This document shows, in pieces, positions 40,427-50,804 of a DNA stretch of 64,000 nt; within the stretch, counting starts at the first letter, position 1; each line of letters opens with the position of its first letter. This stretch comes from Nitrososphaeria archaeon (GTDB lineage Archaea; Thermoproteota; Nitrososphaeria; JACIWG01). The stretch covers positions 1 through 64,000 of the forward strand of contig JBEKIG010000015.1 in assembly GCA_050011875.1 (NCBI GenBank), written 5' to 3'. The notes under the pieces are model-generated. The model was not told where the DNA came from. It did no database searches and saw only the letters and a program-made list of their open reading frames with translations. The position numbers were made by a program, and so were the translations under genes.

Positions 40427-41286
40427 GTAAGAGGACAAAATATCCAGCTAAGAAGGAGCAACTGTTCACCAAGATCTCTTCACTTTCAAAACAGTACAGG
40501 TATTTATGCTTGGCAAAACTTGAGAAAGTCCGATCAGTACAGCTTATGATGCTTAGGAAGATACTTAGAGAAGAGGCAAAGTTCATAGTCATAAAGAACA
40601 GGGTTACTCTAAAAGCCTTAGAGAACACGAAACTCACCGGAATTAAAAAGATCAGCAGCAAATTTTCTGGACAAATATTATTAATATTCACTGACCAGAA
40701 CCCATTCAATTTATCTATTTTTTTGGCTAAGAATAAAATATCCTTACCTGCAAAGGCAGGTGATGTAGCAACTGAAGAGATTCTTGTTCCGGCTGGTAAT
40801 ACAGGATTAGCTCCTGGTCCAGTTCTAAGCGAATTTAAAGAAGCAAGTGTTGCAACTAAGATTGACGGCGGCAGTATCTGGATTGCAAATGATACAGTAG
40901 TTGCAAGGAGGGGAGATATAATATCACCTAAGTTGGCAGGATTACTAAACAGATTGAATATAAAGCCGATAAAGGCTGGTCTTTCGATCTCCTACGCCCT
41001 CATAGATGATATCGTTGTTAGCGATAATGAACTAGCATTAGACGTGGACAAGTTTAGGAATGATATAGTATCAGCTTATGCTTCTGCAAAGAACATATCA
41101 GTAAATTCAAACTACTACACTAGAGAAACTATTGGAGAAAGTTTAGCTAAGGCCTATTTAGAAGCACAGAATCTTGCAATAAATTCGGATTACATATCAG
41201 AAGATGATGTAAAACAGTTGTTATCGAAGTATCAACTAAAGGCGATAACAATATATGATATTCTAAAGGAAAAAGGATTCAATTAG
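40423..41286 (+). CDS. rpl10: 50S ribosomal protein L10 (P0)
   Basis: PAKAGD, PAGNTGLAPGP, TKIDGGSIWI. Confidence 0.94.
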   Translation: MSKRTKYPAKKEQLFTKISSLSKQYRYLCLAKLEKVRSVQLMMLRKILREEAKFIVIKNRVTLKALENTKLTGIKKISSKFSGQILLIFTDQNPFNLSIFLAKNKISLPAKAGDVATEEILVPAGNTGLAPGPVLSEFKEASVATKIDGGSIWIANDTVVARRGDIISPKLAGLLNRLNIKPIKAGLSISYALIDDIVVSDNELALDVDKFRNDIVSAYASAKNISVNSNYYTRETIGESLAKAYLEAQNLAINSDYISEDDVKQLLSKYQLKAITIYDILKEKGFN

Positions 41287-41291
41287 AGGGA

Positions 41292-41591
41292 TTAACCAAA
41301 TAACGAAGCTAAGCCTTCTACTGCTTCTTCTTGTTTTACTTCCTTCTTCTCTTCTTTCTTTTCTTCCTTCTTTTCCTCTTTCCTTTCTGCAGGTGCAGCT
41401 ACTACAGGAGCGACAACCGTAGCGGCTTTAAGCGCTTCATCTATGTTAACTTCCCCTAGTGCAGCAATAAGTGCCTTCACCTTTACAGGATTTGGTTCGA
41501 CGCCTGCAGCCGAAATCACTTTAGAAACATTCTCCTCATTTACTTCTTTATCCAACTTGTGCAATATTAATGCAGCATAAATGTACTCCAT
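41292..41591 (-). CDS. rpl12: 50S ribosomal protein L12 (P1), opposite strand to rpl10
   Basis: [11 protein letters not shown]..., acidic hinge, GLASLFG. Confidence 0.96.
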   Translation of the reverse strand: MEYIYAALILHKLDKEVNEENVSKVISAAGVEPNPVKVKALIAALGEVNIDEALKAATVVAPVVAAPAERKEEKKEEKKEEKKEVKQEEAVEGLASLFG

Positions 41592-41627
41592 CTTTATTCA
41601 GCTCTGCATAACTGCTAATTTATCCAC

Positions 41628-41636
41628 TATTTAAAA
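41628..41636 (-). promoter_or_regulatory. Putative TATA box for rpl12
   Basis: TTTTAAATA on the minus strand ~40 nt upstream of the ATG. Confidence 0.4.
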
Positions 41637-41716
41637 TATTTCCTTTTTATCTATTTCACCACCATAAATCAAAAGAGAAAAGACTATATTCGCTCCTTTA
41701 GGTGGGTATTATTATA

Positions 41717-44455
41717 ATGTCTATGGACGTTAAAGAATTCGATTTAACATACTTTAAAGAGAACCATTTTCTTAGACAACAATGCAAGAAGTGTGGTTCC
41801 TACTTTTGGTCACAGCAGATTAGTGACGTCTGCGGAGAAAGCCCCTGTGTCGAAAACAGTTTCATATATAATCCGCCGACGAAAATACACCTCGATCTAA
41901 ATAAGACTAGAAGTACATTTCTTAATTTTTTTAAGTCAAAAGGACACAAAATCATCAACCCATATCCTGTAGTTGCTAGATGGCGAGACGACCTCTTCTT
42001 TACAATAGCGAGCATTATCGACTTTCAACCATATGTTACAAACGGGGAGATTCCGCCACCAGCAAACCCCCTTGTCGTAAGTCAACCTTGCTTGAGGTTT
42101 GAAGATATTGATAATGTTGGAATTACGTCGGGAAGACATCTGACGATATTTGAAATGGGAGGAGCTCACGCCTTCAATTACCCTGACCATCAAGTATATT
42201 GGAAGGATCAAACGGTCTCGTATCATCATGAACTTTTAACAGAAGTTTTTGGAGTTAAAAGCGAAAAAGTCTCCTACAAGGAACACCTTTGGTCCGGTGG
42301 AGGAAACGCCGGACCAGCGGTAGAGGCTGTAATCGATGGGCTCGAAATCTCAACCTTAGTCTTCATGTGTTATAAGATGGAAAACGGGAATTGGATCCCA
42401 ACATCTGTAAGAACAGTTGACACTGGATACGGGATGGAAAGATGGGCATGGTTGAGCACTGGTCAATCAACAGCGTTCCATGCGATATTTGGCCCTCTTC
42501 TACCCAAGTTCTCAGAAATAATCGGGATAAATGTAGATGAAAAAGTGCTATATGAGACAGGAAGGCTTTCTGGCGCATTTAAAGTAGAATTCCCCCAACT
42601 GTTGTTTAACAGTAGAAAATTAGTCGCAGAAAGACTTGGGATGAGTCTTGAAGAATATCGAAAAACTATTGAGCCATTCGAAAAACTTTGCGCAGTTCTG
42701 GACCATACAAAATCGCTTTCATTCCTTCTTTCCGAAGGGGTTGTGCCCTCTAATGTTAAAACAGGATACCTCGCAAGAATGCTGCTTAGAAGGGTCTATA
42801 GAACATTAAGTGAGTTCTCAAAAGAAGATAAACTATTAGATTTAATGGAGCTTCAAATAAGATATTGGTCACCGCATTTTAAGCAATTGAAAGAGGCTAG
42901 AGGAGAAATAATTGAACTCACAGATGTGGAAACAAAGAAGTACCAAAGGACGCTAGAGAGAGAAATAGAATATGTTTCCAAGACCCTACGTTCGTTAAAA
43001 AAGGGTAATACGGAGACGGTTCCAAACAGCACACTTGTAGAATTCTATGAATCGCACGGTATACACCCCTTGCAGGTCAAAGAAAAGGCAAATGAGATCG
43101 GCCTAGAAGTTGAAATCCCATCTGACTTCTTCTCGTCGATCATTAAGATGCATGCGCCCAAGATTCAAAGGGAAGAGACAAACGAGTTAGAAGAAGTAAT
43201 AATAAAAGAAAAAATTCCTTTCACCGAAAGGCTGTTCTACAAGAGCACAAAACTGTTCGATTTTGAGGCTAAAGTAATATTTACATGGAAAAATAACGTA
43301 ATCTTGGATAGAACTGCTTTCTACGCGGAAAGCGGAGGTCAACTCTCAGACCTAGGAAAGATTGTCTGGAAAGAAGGGGAAGCAAATGTCACCCAAGTAA
43401 TGAAGATAGGAGGAGTAATCGCTCATACTGTAGACAACGTGCCATCTATTGGCGCAACAATTACTGGGCACGTAGATAAAGATAGGAGAATAGCACTCTC
43501 TATACACCATACTTCTACACATATTATAAACGGCGCAGCCAGAAAGGTGCTAGGAGAGCACGTATGGCAGGCGGGAGCACAAAAGGACGTTAAAGAATCT
43601 AGACTCGACATAACGCATTACTCTAACATTTCAGATGAAGAAGTCAAGAAAATAGAAAAAATAGCTAATGAAATCGTAAGAGAAAACATACCTGTTAAAG
43701 TATACGAGCTTCCTAGGCTGGAGGCTGAAAAGAAGTACGGTTATAGGCTATATCAAGGAGGTGCAGTACCAGGAAAAGAGCTCAGAGTAATAAAGATCGG
43801 AAATCATGATGTCGAAGCATGTGGAGGAACCCACATGGAGCGAACAGGAGACATTGGATTCATAAAGATAGTCAAAGTAGAGCACATCCAGGATGGCGTA
43901 GAAAGGATTATTTTTGCTTCAGGAGAAGCAGCCTTGGAGAAGGTGCAGGCGACGACCGATATAGTAAAAGATGTATCAAATAAGCTGCTTGTTCCGCCGG
44001 AGAAGATTCCTGAAACGTTACAAAAAAACCTTCTTGAAGTGGAGGAACTGCACAAGAAGATCAAAAAATATGGTAAAAGAATATCTGAAATGAGTCTATC
44101 CTATATAAAAGAAAAGGCTGAACCGATTACAGATATAAAAGTCTACTTCACAATAGACCCGGACCTTGAAGAAAGCACACAGATCGAGGTTGGTAGTCAG
44201 GCTATAAAAGTGATGGCAGATCTTCTATACATAGCTTTAATTCCATCCAACAATGTTGTTCAACTTATAGTCTTCTCAGGGGAATCGGTTCAACGTAAAG
44301 GTATTTACGCAAACGACATCGTAAAGAAAATCGCAGGCGTAATAGGCGGATCAGGAGGCGGCGATAAGAGATTTGGTAGTGGCGGAGGAAACGAAGTTGG
44401 AAAGGTTAAAGAAGCACATGAAGCTCTTATGAGATATGTAGGGAGCACGGTCTAG
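41717..44455 (+). CDS. alaS: Alanyl-tRNA synthetase
   Basis: VARWRDD, FEMGGAHAF, HHTSTH, CGGTH, GGSGGG. Confidence 0.96.
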   Translation: MSMDVKEFDLTYFKENHFLRQQCKKCGSYFWSQQISDVCGESPCVENSFIYNPPTKIHLDLNKTRSTFLNFFKSKGHKIINPYPVVARWRDDLFFTIASIIDFQPYVTNGEIPPPANPLVVSQPCLRFEDIDNVGITSGRHLTIFEMGGAHAFNYPDHQVYWKDQTVSYHHELLTEVFGVKSEKVSYKEHLWSGGGNAGPAVEAVIDGLEISTLVFMCYKMENGNWIPTSVRTVDTGYGMERWAWLSTGQSTAFHAIFGPLLPKFSEIIGINVDEKVLYETGRLSGAFKVEFPQLLFNSRKLVAERLGMSLEEYRKTIEPFEKLCAVLDHTKSLSFLLSEGVVPSNVKTGYLARMLLRRVYRTLSEFSKEDKLLDLMELQIRYWSPHFKQLKEARGEIIELTDVETKKYQRTLEREIEYVSKTLRSLKKGNTETVPNSTLVEFYESHGIHPLQVKEKANEIGLEVEIPSDFFSSIIKMHAPKIQREETNELEEVIIKEKIPFTERLFYKSTKLFDFEAKVIFTWKNNVILDRTAFYAESGGQLSDLGKIVWKEGEANVTQVMKIGGVIAHTVDNVPSIGATITGHVDKDRRIALSIHHTSTHIINGAARKVLGEHVWQAGAQKDVKESRLDITHYSNISDEEVKKIEKIANEIVRENIPVKVYELPRLEAEKKYGYRLYQGGAVPGKELRVIKIGNHDVEACGGTHMERTGDIGFIKIVKVEHIQDGVERIIFASGEAALEKVQATTDIVKDVSNKLLVPPEKIPETLQKNLLEVEELHKKIKKYGKRISEMSLSYIKEKAEPITDIKVYFTIDPDLEESTQIEVGSQAIKVMADLLYIALIPSNNVVQLIVFSGESVQRKGIYANDIVKKIAGVIGGSGGGDKRFGSGGGNEVGKVKEAHEALMRYVGSTV

Positions 44456-44456
44456 A

Positions 44457-47306
44457 ATGGATAATGCCTATGAAAAAAAATGGATAGATGAATGGGCAAG
44501 AAATGGAATATTTAATGCAGAAGTTAAAGTTGACCAGCCTAAAATATTCGTCAACGCGCCATTTCCGTATATGAATGGACCGCTTCACATTGGACACGCT
44601 TTTACCTACACTCGGCTTGATACCTTTGCAAGGTTCAAGAGGATGAGAGGGTACAATGTCCTTTTTCCTTTTGCTTGGCACTGGACAGGCGAGGCCGTAG
44701 CAGGACAGTCTGTAAGATTAATGAAGGGAGATCCAGCGGTTATTAGGGCTTTCGTAGAGATAGATGGCATACCAAAAGATGAACTTTATAAATTCTCGTC
44801 TCCTTACAATCTTGCAGAATATTACACGGGAGTAAGCAGAATAGCACTGCAAAGACTTGGCCTCTCTATAGACTGGCGCAGGGAATTTTTTACAACAAGC
44901 TATAACAAAGGCTTCAGCAAGTTTGTTGAATGGCAGTATCTTAAACTAAGATCTATGGGATTCGTTGTTAAGGGGTCACACCCTGTAGTTTGGTGCCCAT
45001 TAGATCAGAGCCCTACGGGAGACCATGACCGACTTGAAGGCGAAGGTGTATCTCCTGAAGAGTTCTATGTGGTTTTTTTTAAAATCGATGATGCTTTCTT
45101 AGCAGCAGCTACATTCAGACCTGAAACGATATATGGCACCACCAACGTCTGGGTCCTACCCGATGGTGAATACGTAAAAGCCCGAATCAACGGGAACATG
45201 CTGATAGTCAGCAAAGAATTCGCTCAGAAGATAGTCGATCAGGACAGGAAGGTGGAGGTCCTTGACACGTTTAGGGGAAAGGATCTTGTCGGTAGGAAAT
45301 GTGTTGTCCCACTGTCAGAACAGAGTGTCCCAATACTGCCTGCCACATTTGTAGACGTAAATTATGGAACGGGAATTGTATACAGTGTTCCAGCGCACGC
45401 GCCTTATGACTGGTTGGCATTAAGAGACATACAGGAATCGCCCCCTGAAGGATTAAAGGAAATAGTTAGTAAGATAAAACCGATTTCTATCATCAGGGTA
45501 GAAGGATTCGGAGAATATCCCGCGTTAGAAATAGTGGATCAATTGAGTGTTAAGGACCAGCATGACGAACGAGCTGCAAAGGCCACAGAGACAATCTACA
45601 GTAAGGAATTTCATACTGGAATTATGAAGGGGAACTGTGGACAGCTCAGTGGAATGACCGTCAAAGACGCTAAAACGAAGGTAATAGAGGAACTGGCTTC
45701 CAAGGGCCTTGGAGACAAAATATTTGATCTCCCTGAACTGGTTAGATGCCGATGTGGAACAAGGTGCATAGTCAAAATATTGCGTGACCAATGGTTCTTG
45801 AACTATAGCAACGAGGAATGGAAGGTGGAGGTAAGGAAACACGTCAAGGCTATGATAGTTTTACCTGAGGAAGCAAGAGCATGGATACTTGCAACAGTTG
45901 ACTGGCTTAACAATTGGCCTTGTGCAAGGAAGACAGGGATGGGGACCCCAATGCCATGGGATAAGGATTGGATAGTGGAGACGCTTAGCGACTCAACAAT
46001 ATACATGGCATATTATATTATAAGTAAATATGTGAACGAGAGAAAAATTCTGCCAGAACAGTTGAATCAAGAATTCTTTGATTATGTTTTATTGGAAGAA
46101 GTCAACGTCGACGTAGCATCGTCTAAGACAGGGATAAGGCCCGAATTAATCCAAAAAATACACGAAGACTTTCTCTACTGGTATCCCGTCGATCTCAGGA
46201 ATTCTGCTAAAGAGCTGATTCCTAATCATCTAACATTCTTTCTCTTCCAGCACCTCGCAATCTTTCCAAAGAAACTCTGGCCAAGAGGAATAAGTGTCAA
46301 CGGAATGATAACTATAGATGGAAAGAAGATGTCTAAGTCTAGAGGGATATTTACGACAATAGCAAAAGAAATCGACAAATATGGTGCTGACGTTGTCAGA
46401 GCGTCGTTGATCTATGGAGCGGAGCAGATGGACGACCCTGATTGGAACGAGAACATCCCGAAACTCATGCTTCAGAAGATAAATTCTATTTCCGAGCTTG
46501 TTTTAGAACTCAGATCAAAAGCCGTAAAAAGAGAAAGGGGTTTCTTCGAAGAACTACTGGTAGCCGAAGTAAAGGAAATGGTGCTTGCTACGGCTGAAAA
46601 TTTGGAGCTTATGAAGACCAAGACTGCGTTCCAGATCGCTTTCTTCGACATACAAAACGCCATAAGGAGATACGTAAAGCAGGTTGGAGCACCGGAAGCA
46701 AGCACAGTAGAATTGGTAACAGATTATTGGTTAAAGACGTTGTCACCTTTCATTCCCTTCATCTGTGAGGAACTGTGGCATAAAATCGGAGGACAAACCT
46801 TTATTTCTAGAGAAGAGTGGCCGCTGATCATCCTAGATGAGAAGGAAAGGATACTGAAGACAGAAAATAAACTTGTAGAGTCATTAATATCTGATTTAAA
46901 GGAGATACAAAAGATTGCAAAAACTGATATGAAAAAAGCTCACATATACGTTGCTCCAAAGGAGCTTGCCAATATGGTGTTTGATTACGCTGATGAACAG
47001 AGCAAGGGGGTTTCCCCAAAAGATGCCATAAAAAAGATAAGTGGAAACATAAAAGATAAGAAACTGATGGCGTATGTTCCTCAGATAATAAAGTTCTCCA
47101 ATATATTGGACAAAGACGTAGTTAATGAAATAAGAAAGATTAAAGACTTCGAAGAAATTGAGATATACAAAGAGAACATGTCTTATATTGAAAAGGAAAC
47201 AGGAACCAGACTTGAAATCGTCCATTCGAACCAGCAAGGAATATACGATCCCAAGGGTAAGGCAAAAAATGCACTACCATTCAGACCTGCGATATTTATA
47301 GAATAA
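44457..47306 (+). CDS. leuS: Leucyl-tRNA synthetase
   Basis: HIGH, KMSKS, GTGIVYSVPAHAPYD editing domain. Confidence 0.96.
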   Translation: MDNAYEKKWIDEWARNGIFNAEVKVDQPKIFVNAPFPYMNGPLHIGHAFTYTRLDTFARFKRMRGYNVLFPFAWHWTGEAVAGQSVRLMKGDPAVIRAFVEIDGIPKDELYKFSSPYNLAEYYTGVSRIALQRLGLSIDWRREFFTTSYNKGFSKFVEWQYLKLRSMGFVVKGSHPVVWCPLDQSPTGDHDRLEGEGVSPEEFYVVFFKIDDAFLAAATFRPETIYGTTNVWVLPDGEYVKARINGNMLIVSKEFAQKIVDQDRKVEVLDTFRGKDLVGRKCVVPLSEQSVPILPATFVDVNYGTGIVYSVPAHAPYDWLALRDIQESPPEGLKEIVSKIKPISIIRVEGFGEYPALEIVDQLSVKDQHDERAAKATETIYSKEFHTGIMKGNCGQLSGMTVKDAKTKVIEELASKGLGDKIFDLPELVRCRCGTRCIVKILRDQWFLNYSNEEWKVEVRKHVKAMIVLPEEARAWILATVDWLNNWPCARKTGMGTPMPWDKDWIVETLSDSTIYMAYYIISKYVNERKILPEQLNQEFFDYVLLEEVNVDVASSKTGIRPELIQKIHEDFLYWYPVDLRNSAKELIPNHLTFFLFQHLAIFPKKLWPRGISVNGMITIDGKKMSKSRGIFTTIAKEIDKYGADVVRASLIYGAEQMDDPDWNENIPKLMLQKINSISELVLELRSKAVKRERGFFEELLVAEVKEMVLATAENLELMKTKTAFQIAFFDIQNAIRRYVKQVGAPEASTVELVTDYWLKTLSPFIPFICEELWHKIGGQTFISREEWPLIILDEKERILKTENKLVESLISDLKEIQKIAKTDMKKAHIYVAPKELANMVFDYADEQSKGVSPKDAIKKISGNIKDKKLMAYVPQIIKFSNILDKDVVNEIRKIKDFEEIEIYKENMSYIEKETGTRLEIVHSNQQGIYDPKGKAKNALPFRPAIFIE

Positions 47307-47458
47307 CGTGAACACCATTATTTTTAAAAATTTCAACTTTTGAGGTGAATTGACAACAACACTTCTAGAATGCTATTTACGAATTCGCCTATACTAATGC
47401 GCACAGATTTAAGAGAAAGATTTAAATTTTTCACTGGCAAACTAGCCACTGACTAGAT

Positions 47459-47749
47459 ATGACTGTTGTAGCAGATATAGCGATTATGCCAGTTGGCGAG
47501 GGTACAAGCCTAAGCAAGTATGTTAAAAGAGCAGTTGGAGAATTGAAGAAGTCAGGGCTTAAGGTTGAGGTTGGAGCCATGTCTACAAGTATCGAAGCCC
47601 AATCAACTGAACAAATCTTTAAAGCTTTTGAAAGGACTAAGGAGGCACTGTTCGAAATGGGCGCAAAGCGAGTGTATACCACAATCAGAATAGATGAAAG
47701 AAGGGATAAGAAGATAGACATAGAAAGTAAAAAGTCGGCTGTACTATAA
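47459..47749 (+). CDS. MTH1187/YqgV family thiamine-binding protein
   Basis: SLSKYV, GAMST.IE, RVYTTIRIDERRDK. Confidence 0.85.
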   Translation: MTVVADIAIMPVGEGTSLSKYVKRAVGELKKSGLKVEVGAMSTSIEAQSTEQIFKAFERTKEALFEMGAKRVYTTIRIDERRDKKIDIESKKSAVL

Positions 47750-47938
47750 GTAGGCATAATTTGCACGTAATAGAAGAAGGGAGATAGTGCAAAGTCTTTT
47801 TTTTAGAGCGCAAAAAATATAATCAACAATCACTGTTATGTTGAAGGAGATGAAAAATCTTTAAAGCATTTCTTGCCGGTTTTAATTTCAACGGTCTTCA
47901 GCAAAGACCTAATTGTTCGGTTGGATGGTGAAGAAGGA

Positions 47939-48619
47939 ATGAAGACGTCTAGAGAAAAGGGGGAAGTTGATGTAATAATTCGCGCGGATGACGTAACCAT
48001 AGAAGGCAGCCTTGTGGCACCTGAAGGTGCAAAGGGGGTCGTACTATTTGCCCACGGAAGCGGGAGCAGTAGATTTAGCCCAAGGAACAGGTACGTTGCC
48101 AGCGTGCTCCAAAGGGAACGATTTGCTACCTTGTTAATGGACCTTCTGACAAAGGATGAAGAGCGAATCGATATGCTGACTGCGGAGTTCAGATTTGACA
48201 CGGAAATGCTCTCAAATCGACTTCTACATGCGACAGAATGGGTCAGAGGAAACGTGGAAACCAGAAATCTTGCTATAGGTTACTTTGGAGCGAGCACTGG
48301 TGCGGCTGCAGCAATTATTGCGGCAGCAAAGAATCCGAATAACGTCCAAGCGATTGTTTCCCGAGGAGGCCGTCCTGATCTTGCAATAAATTACATTTCA
48401 AAGGTTGAGGCACCCACCCTCTTAATCGTGGGAGGAAATGATGTTCCGGTGATCAAGATGAACGAGCAGGCTTTAAAATACCTTCATGCGGTGAAGAAGA
48501 TTGAGGTTGTTCCCGGCGCTTCACACTTATTTGAAGAGCCTAGAGCTCTTGAAGAAGTAGCTAAACTCGCAACTGCCTGGTTCAACAGATATCTGATGCG
48601 TACAACAGGTAAAGGGTAA
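47939..48619 (+). CDS. Dienelactone hydrolase-like alpha/beta hydrolase
   Basis: FAHGSGSSRFSPRN, GASTG, SRGGRPDLA, HLFEEP; start inferred at ATG 47939. Confidence 0.85.
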   Translation: MKTSREKGEVDVIIRADDVTIEGSLVAPEGAKGVVLFAHGSGSSRFSPRNRYVASVLQRERFATLLMDLLTKDEERIDMLTAEFRFDTEMLSNRLLHATEWVRGNVETRNLAIGYFGASTGAAAAIIAAAKNPNNVQAIVSRGGRPDLAINYISKVEAPTLLIVGGNDVPVIKMNEQALKYLHAVKKIEVVPGASHLFEEPRALEEVAKLATAWFNRYLMRTTGKG

Positions 48620-48757
48620 CCGTTGCACCCTAAGCTAATGTAGATGTTAAGAGATGAATTTTTCACAAAAAACAAAGTTAAAAGCATCTAGTGAAGACTT
48701 TATAGTCTAGGAAATCGGATACCATATTTAACCATGAAGGAGGTATGGTAGAGAATC

Positions 48758-49429
48758 ATGAACGGAATTGTAAAACTGCCTTTCCAAGACAGAGAGGAAG
48801 CGGGAAAAATGCTAGCGTTAAAATTAACTGAGTACTCAAATAAAGACACGATAGTTCTCGCTATACCGAGAGGCGGTGTTGTAATAGGCTACCAGATTGC
48901 TCGCAAATTAAAAGCCCCCTTAGACATAATAGTCCCGAGGAAAATTGGAGCCCCCGACAACTCAGAGTTGGCTATAGGAGCCGTTGCAGAAGATGGAAGT
49001 TTAAGCTTGGATGAATCAGCTGTCATGTACATGAACATTTCTAAATCATATATAGAGGAGGAGAGCAGAAGACAGATTACTGAGATTAGACGCAGGCTAA
49101 AACTTTACAGAGGGGAAACGCCTTATCCCATGTTGCAAGATCATGTTATCATAATCGTAGACGATGGTATAGCCACTGGTTCAACAATAAAGGCGGCTAT
49201 TGCTTCGATCCGCAAGAAAAAACCTAAATCGGTTGTTGTAGCTGTTCCCGTAGCCCCACGATCAACGGTGAAGGAGCTGGAAAAGGAGGCTGATAGAGTT
49301 ATCTGCCTCTCCACCCCGGAATTCTTTTACGCTATAGGACAATTCTACGTGGACTTCTCACAAACCACAGATGGAGAAGTCATAAGACTGTTAAAAAAAA
49401 GTAGGGAAGAGACAGAAACATACGTTTAA
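48758..49429 (+). CDS. Phosphoribosyltransferase-domain protein
   Basis: FQDREEAG, IPRGGV, IIVDDGIATG. Confidence 0.87.
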   Translation: MNGIVKLPFQDREEAGKMLALKLTEYSNKDTIVLAIPRGGVVIGYQIARKLKAPLDIIVPRKIGAPDNSELAIGAVAEDGSLSLDESAVMYMNISKSYIEEESRRQITEIRRRLKLYRGETPYPMLQDHVIIIVDDGIATGSTIKAAIASIRKKKPKSVVVAVPVAPRSTVKELEKEADRVICLSTPEFFYAIGQFYVDFSQTTDGEVIRLLKKSREETETYV

Positions 49430-49520
49430 ACTCAGGTCGAATACCTGCTATTTTGAATAAACTTCTATTAGTTCCTGAACAGTAAATGAAGCGAAAAACA
49501 AGAGTGTAAAATAAGATGCC

Positions 49521-49748
49521 TTAACCCTCCTCTACCTTAGCCTTCTTTAAAATTTGTCTCGCTTGCTGCTCTCCTAAAAGCCTTATGAGCTTACTTTCAG
49601 ATTCCTTACCTTTCCAAGACTCCAGTATCTGTTTTACCGGCTCTCCGATCTCTGGAACTAAGTCCCGAACAGCCTGTTCGATTACCTTTTTCCGCTTAAC
49701 TACATCCTCTGGTTTAAACACTTTCCCCATAAAGTAGAACCCCGGCAT
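49521..49748 (-). CDS. Hypothetical protein (75 aa)
   Basis: ATG-started ORF with protein-like composition. Confidence 0.55.
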   Translation of the reverse strand: MPGFYFMGKVFKPEDVVKRKKVIEQAVRDLVPEIGEPVKQILESWKGKESESKLIRLLGEQQARQILKKAKVEEG

Positions 49749-49915
49749 ACTGTTATCTACGTTAACTACCTTTAACTTTTGCGATTAATTTTACAAATAA
49801 TTTTTTAGATTAAAGGTAACCGTCTGAAAATGAACCATAGATAAAAATAGTTAAAAAATAAGGACTAAAGAGAAAAGTTTAATGCTTTCCGAACCCATTT
49901 TTATCAGATGTTTTC

Positions 49916-50488
49916 TTGCGTGTGTTAAAGAATTCTGCACTAATCGTTACAGACATCCAAAACGACTTTTGCCCAGGCGGAGCCCTTCCAGTGTCAGAAG
50001 GTGACAAAATAATTCCGACAGTAAACCGGTATATCGAAAGGTTCGAAAAAGCGAACTCCCTTGTAATTGCCTCTAGAGATTGGCACCCTAAAAATCACAT
50101 TTCTTTCAAGTCGCGAGGCGGGATTTGGCCTGAACATTGCGTACAGAACACCAAGGGTGCGGAATTTCATCCCAATCTAAGGCTTCCGAAGAAGGTTCAA
50201 GTTATTTCTAAAGCTGACAATCCAGACAAGGAAGCGTACTCGGTCTTCCAAGGTACCGGCTTGGATGCTTTGTTACGGAAGAATGCTATTAAAGAACTAT
50301 TTGTAGCTGGATTGACAACCGATTACTGCGTCAAGAATACAGTAATTGATGGCCTAGCTATGGGATATAAAGTCTATCTCTTAGTTGACGCGATCAAAGG
50401 CGTAGAAGTTAACCCAGGAGACAGTCAAAGGGCGATTGAGGAAATGATCTCAAAAGGCGCCATTAAAATAGATGAGCTAGAGCAATAA
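49916..50488 (+). CDS. pncA: Nicotinamidase/pyrazinamidase
   Basis: DIQNDFCPGGAL, RDWHP, WPEHC, GLTTDYCV. Confidence 0.92.
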   Translation: MRVLKNSALIVTDIQNDFCPGGALPVSEGDKIIPTVNRYIERFEKANSLVIASRDWHPKNHISFKSRGGIWPEHCVQNTKGAEFHPNLRLPKKVQVISKADNPDKEAYSVFQGTGLDALLRKNAIKELFVAGLTTDYCVKNTVIDGLAMGYKVYLLVDAIKGVEVNPGDSQRAIEEMISKGAIKIDELEQ

Positions 50489-50804
50489 AAATGAGTTTTA
50501 AAGATAATCGGATTATTCCCACTCCATTTCTTTAAAAAATCAGGGAACATAATAAGGGAAAGTTATGTAAATTATTGTCATTCATAAAGGTATGAAGATG
50601 TTCACAAGTTTCCACATATCTGGTGTGATGACATAAAGTTTTAGAAAAATTCTCACGTATCTCTAAATGTTCCTTTTCAAAGAAGTTGAATTACTCGAAA
50701 AGAGTCTTAGAAAGGAGGGCCTAATGTCATAATCTTTAGTTAACCATTACAGAATTTTTTGAAAAAGTTTATTTCCGAAAAAAATATTTTAAAATTTGTT
50801 AAGG

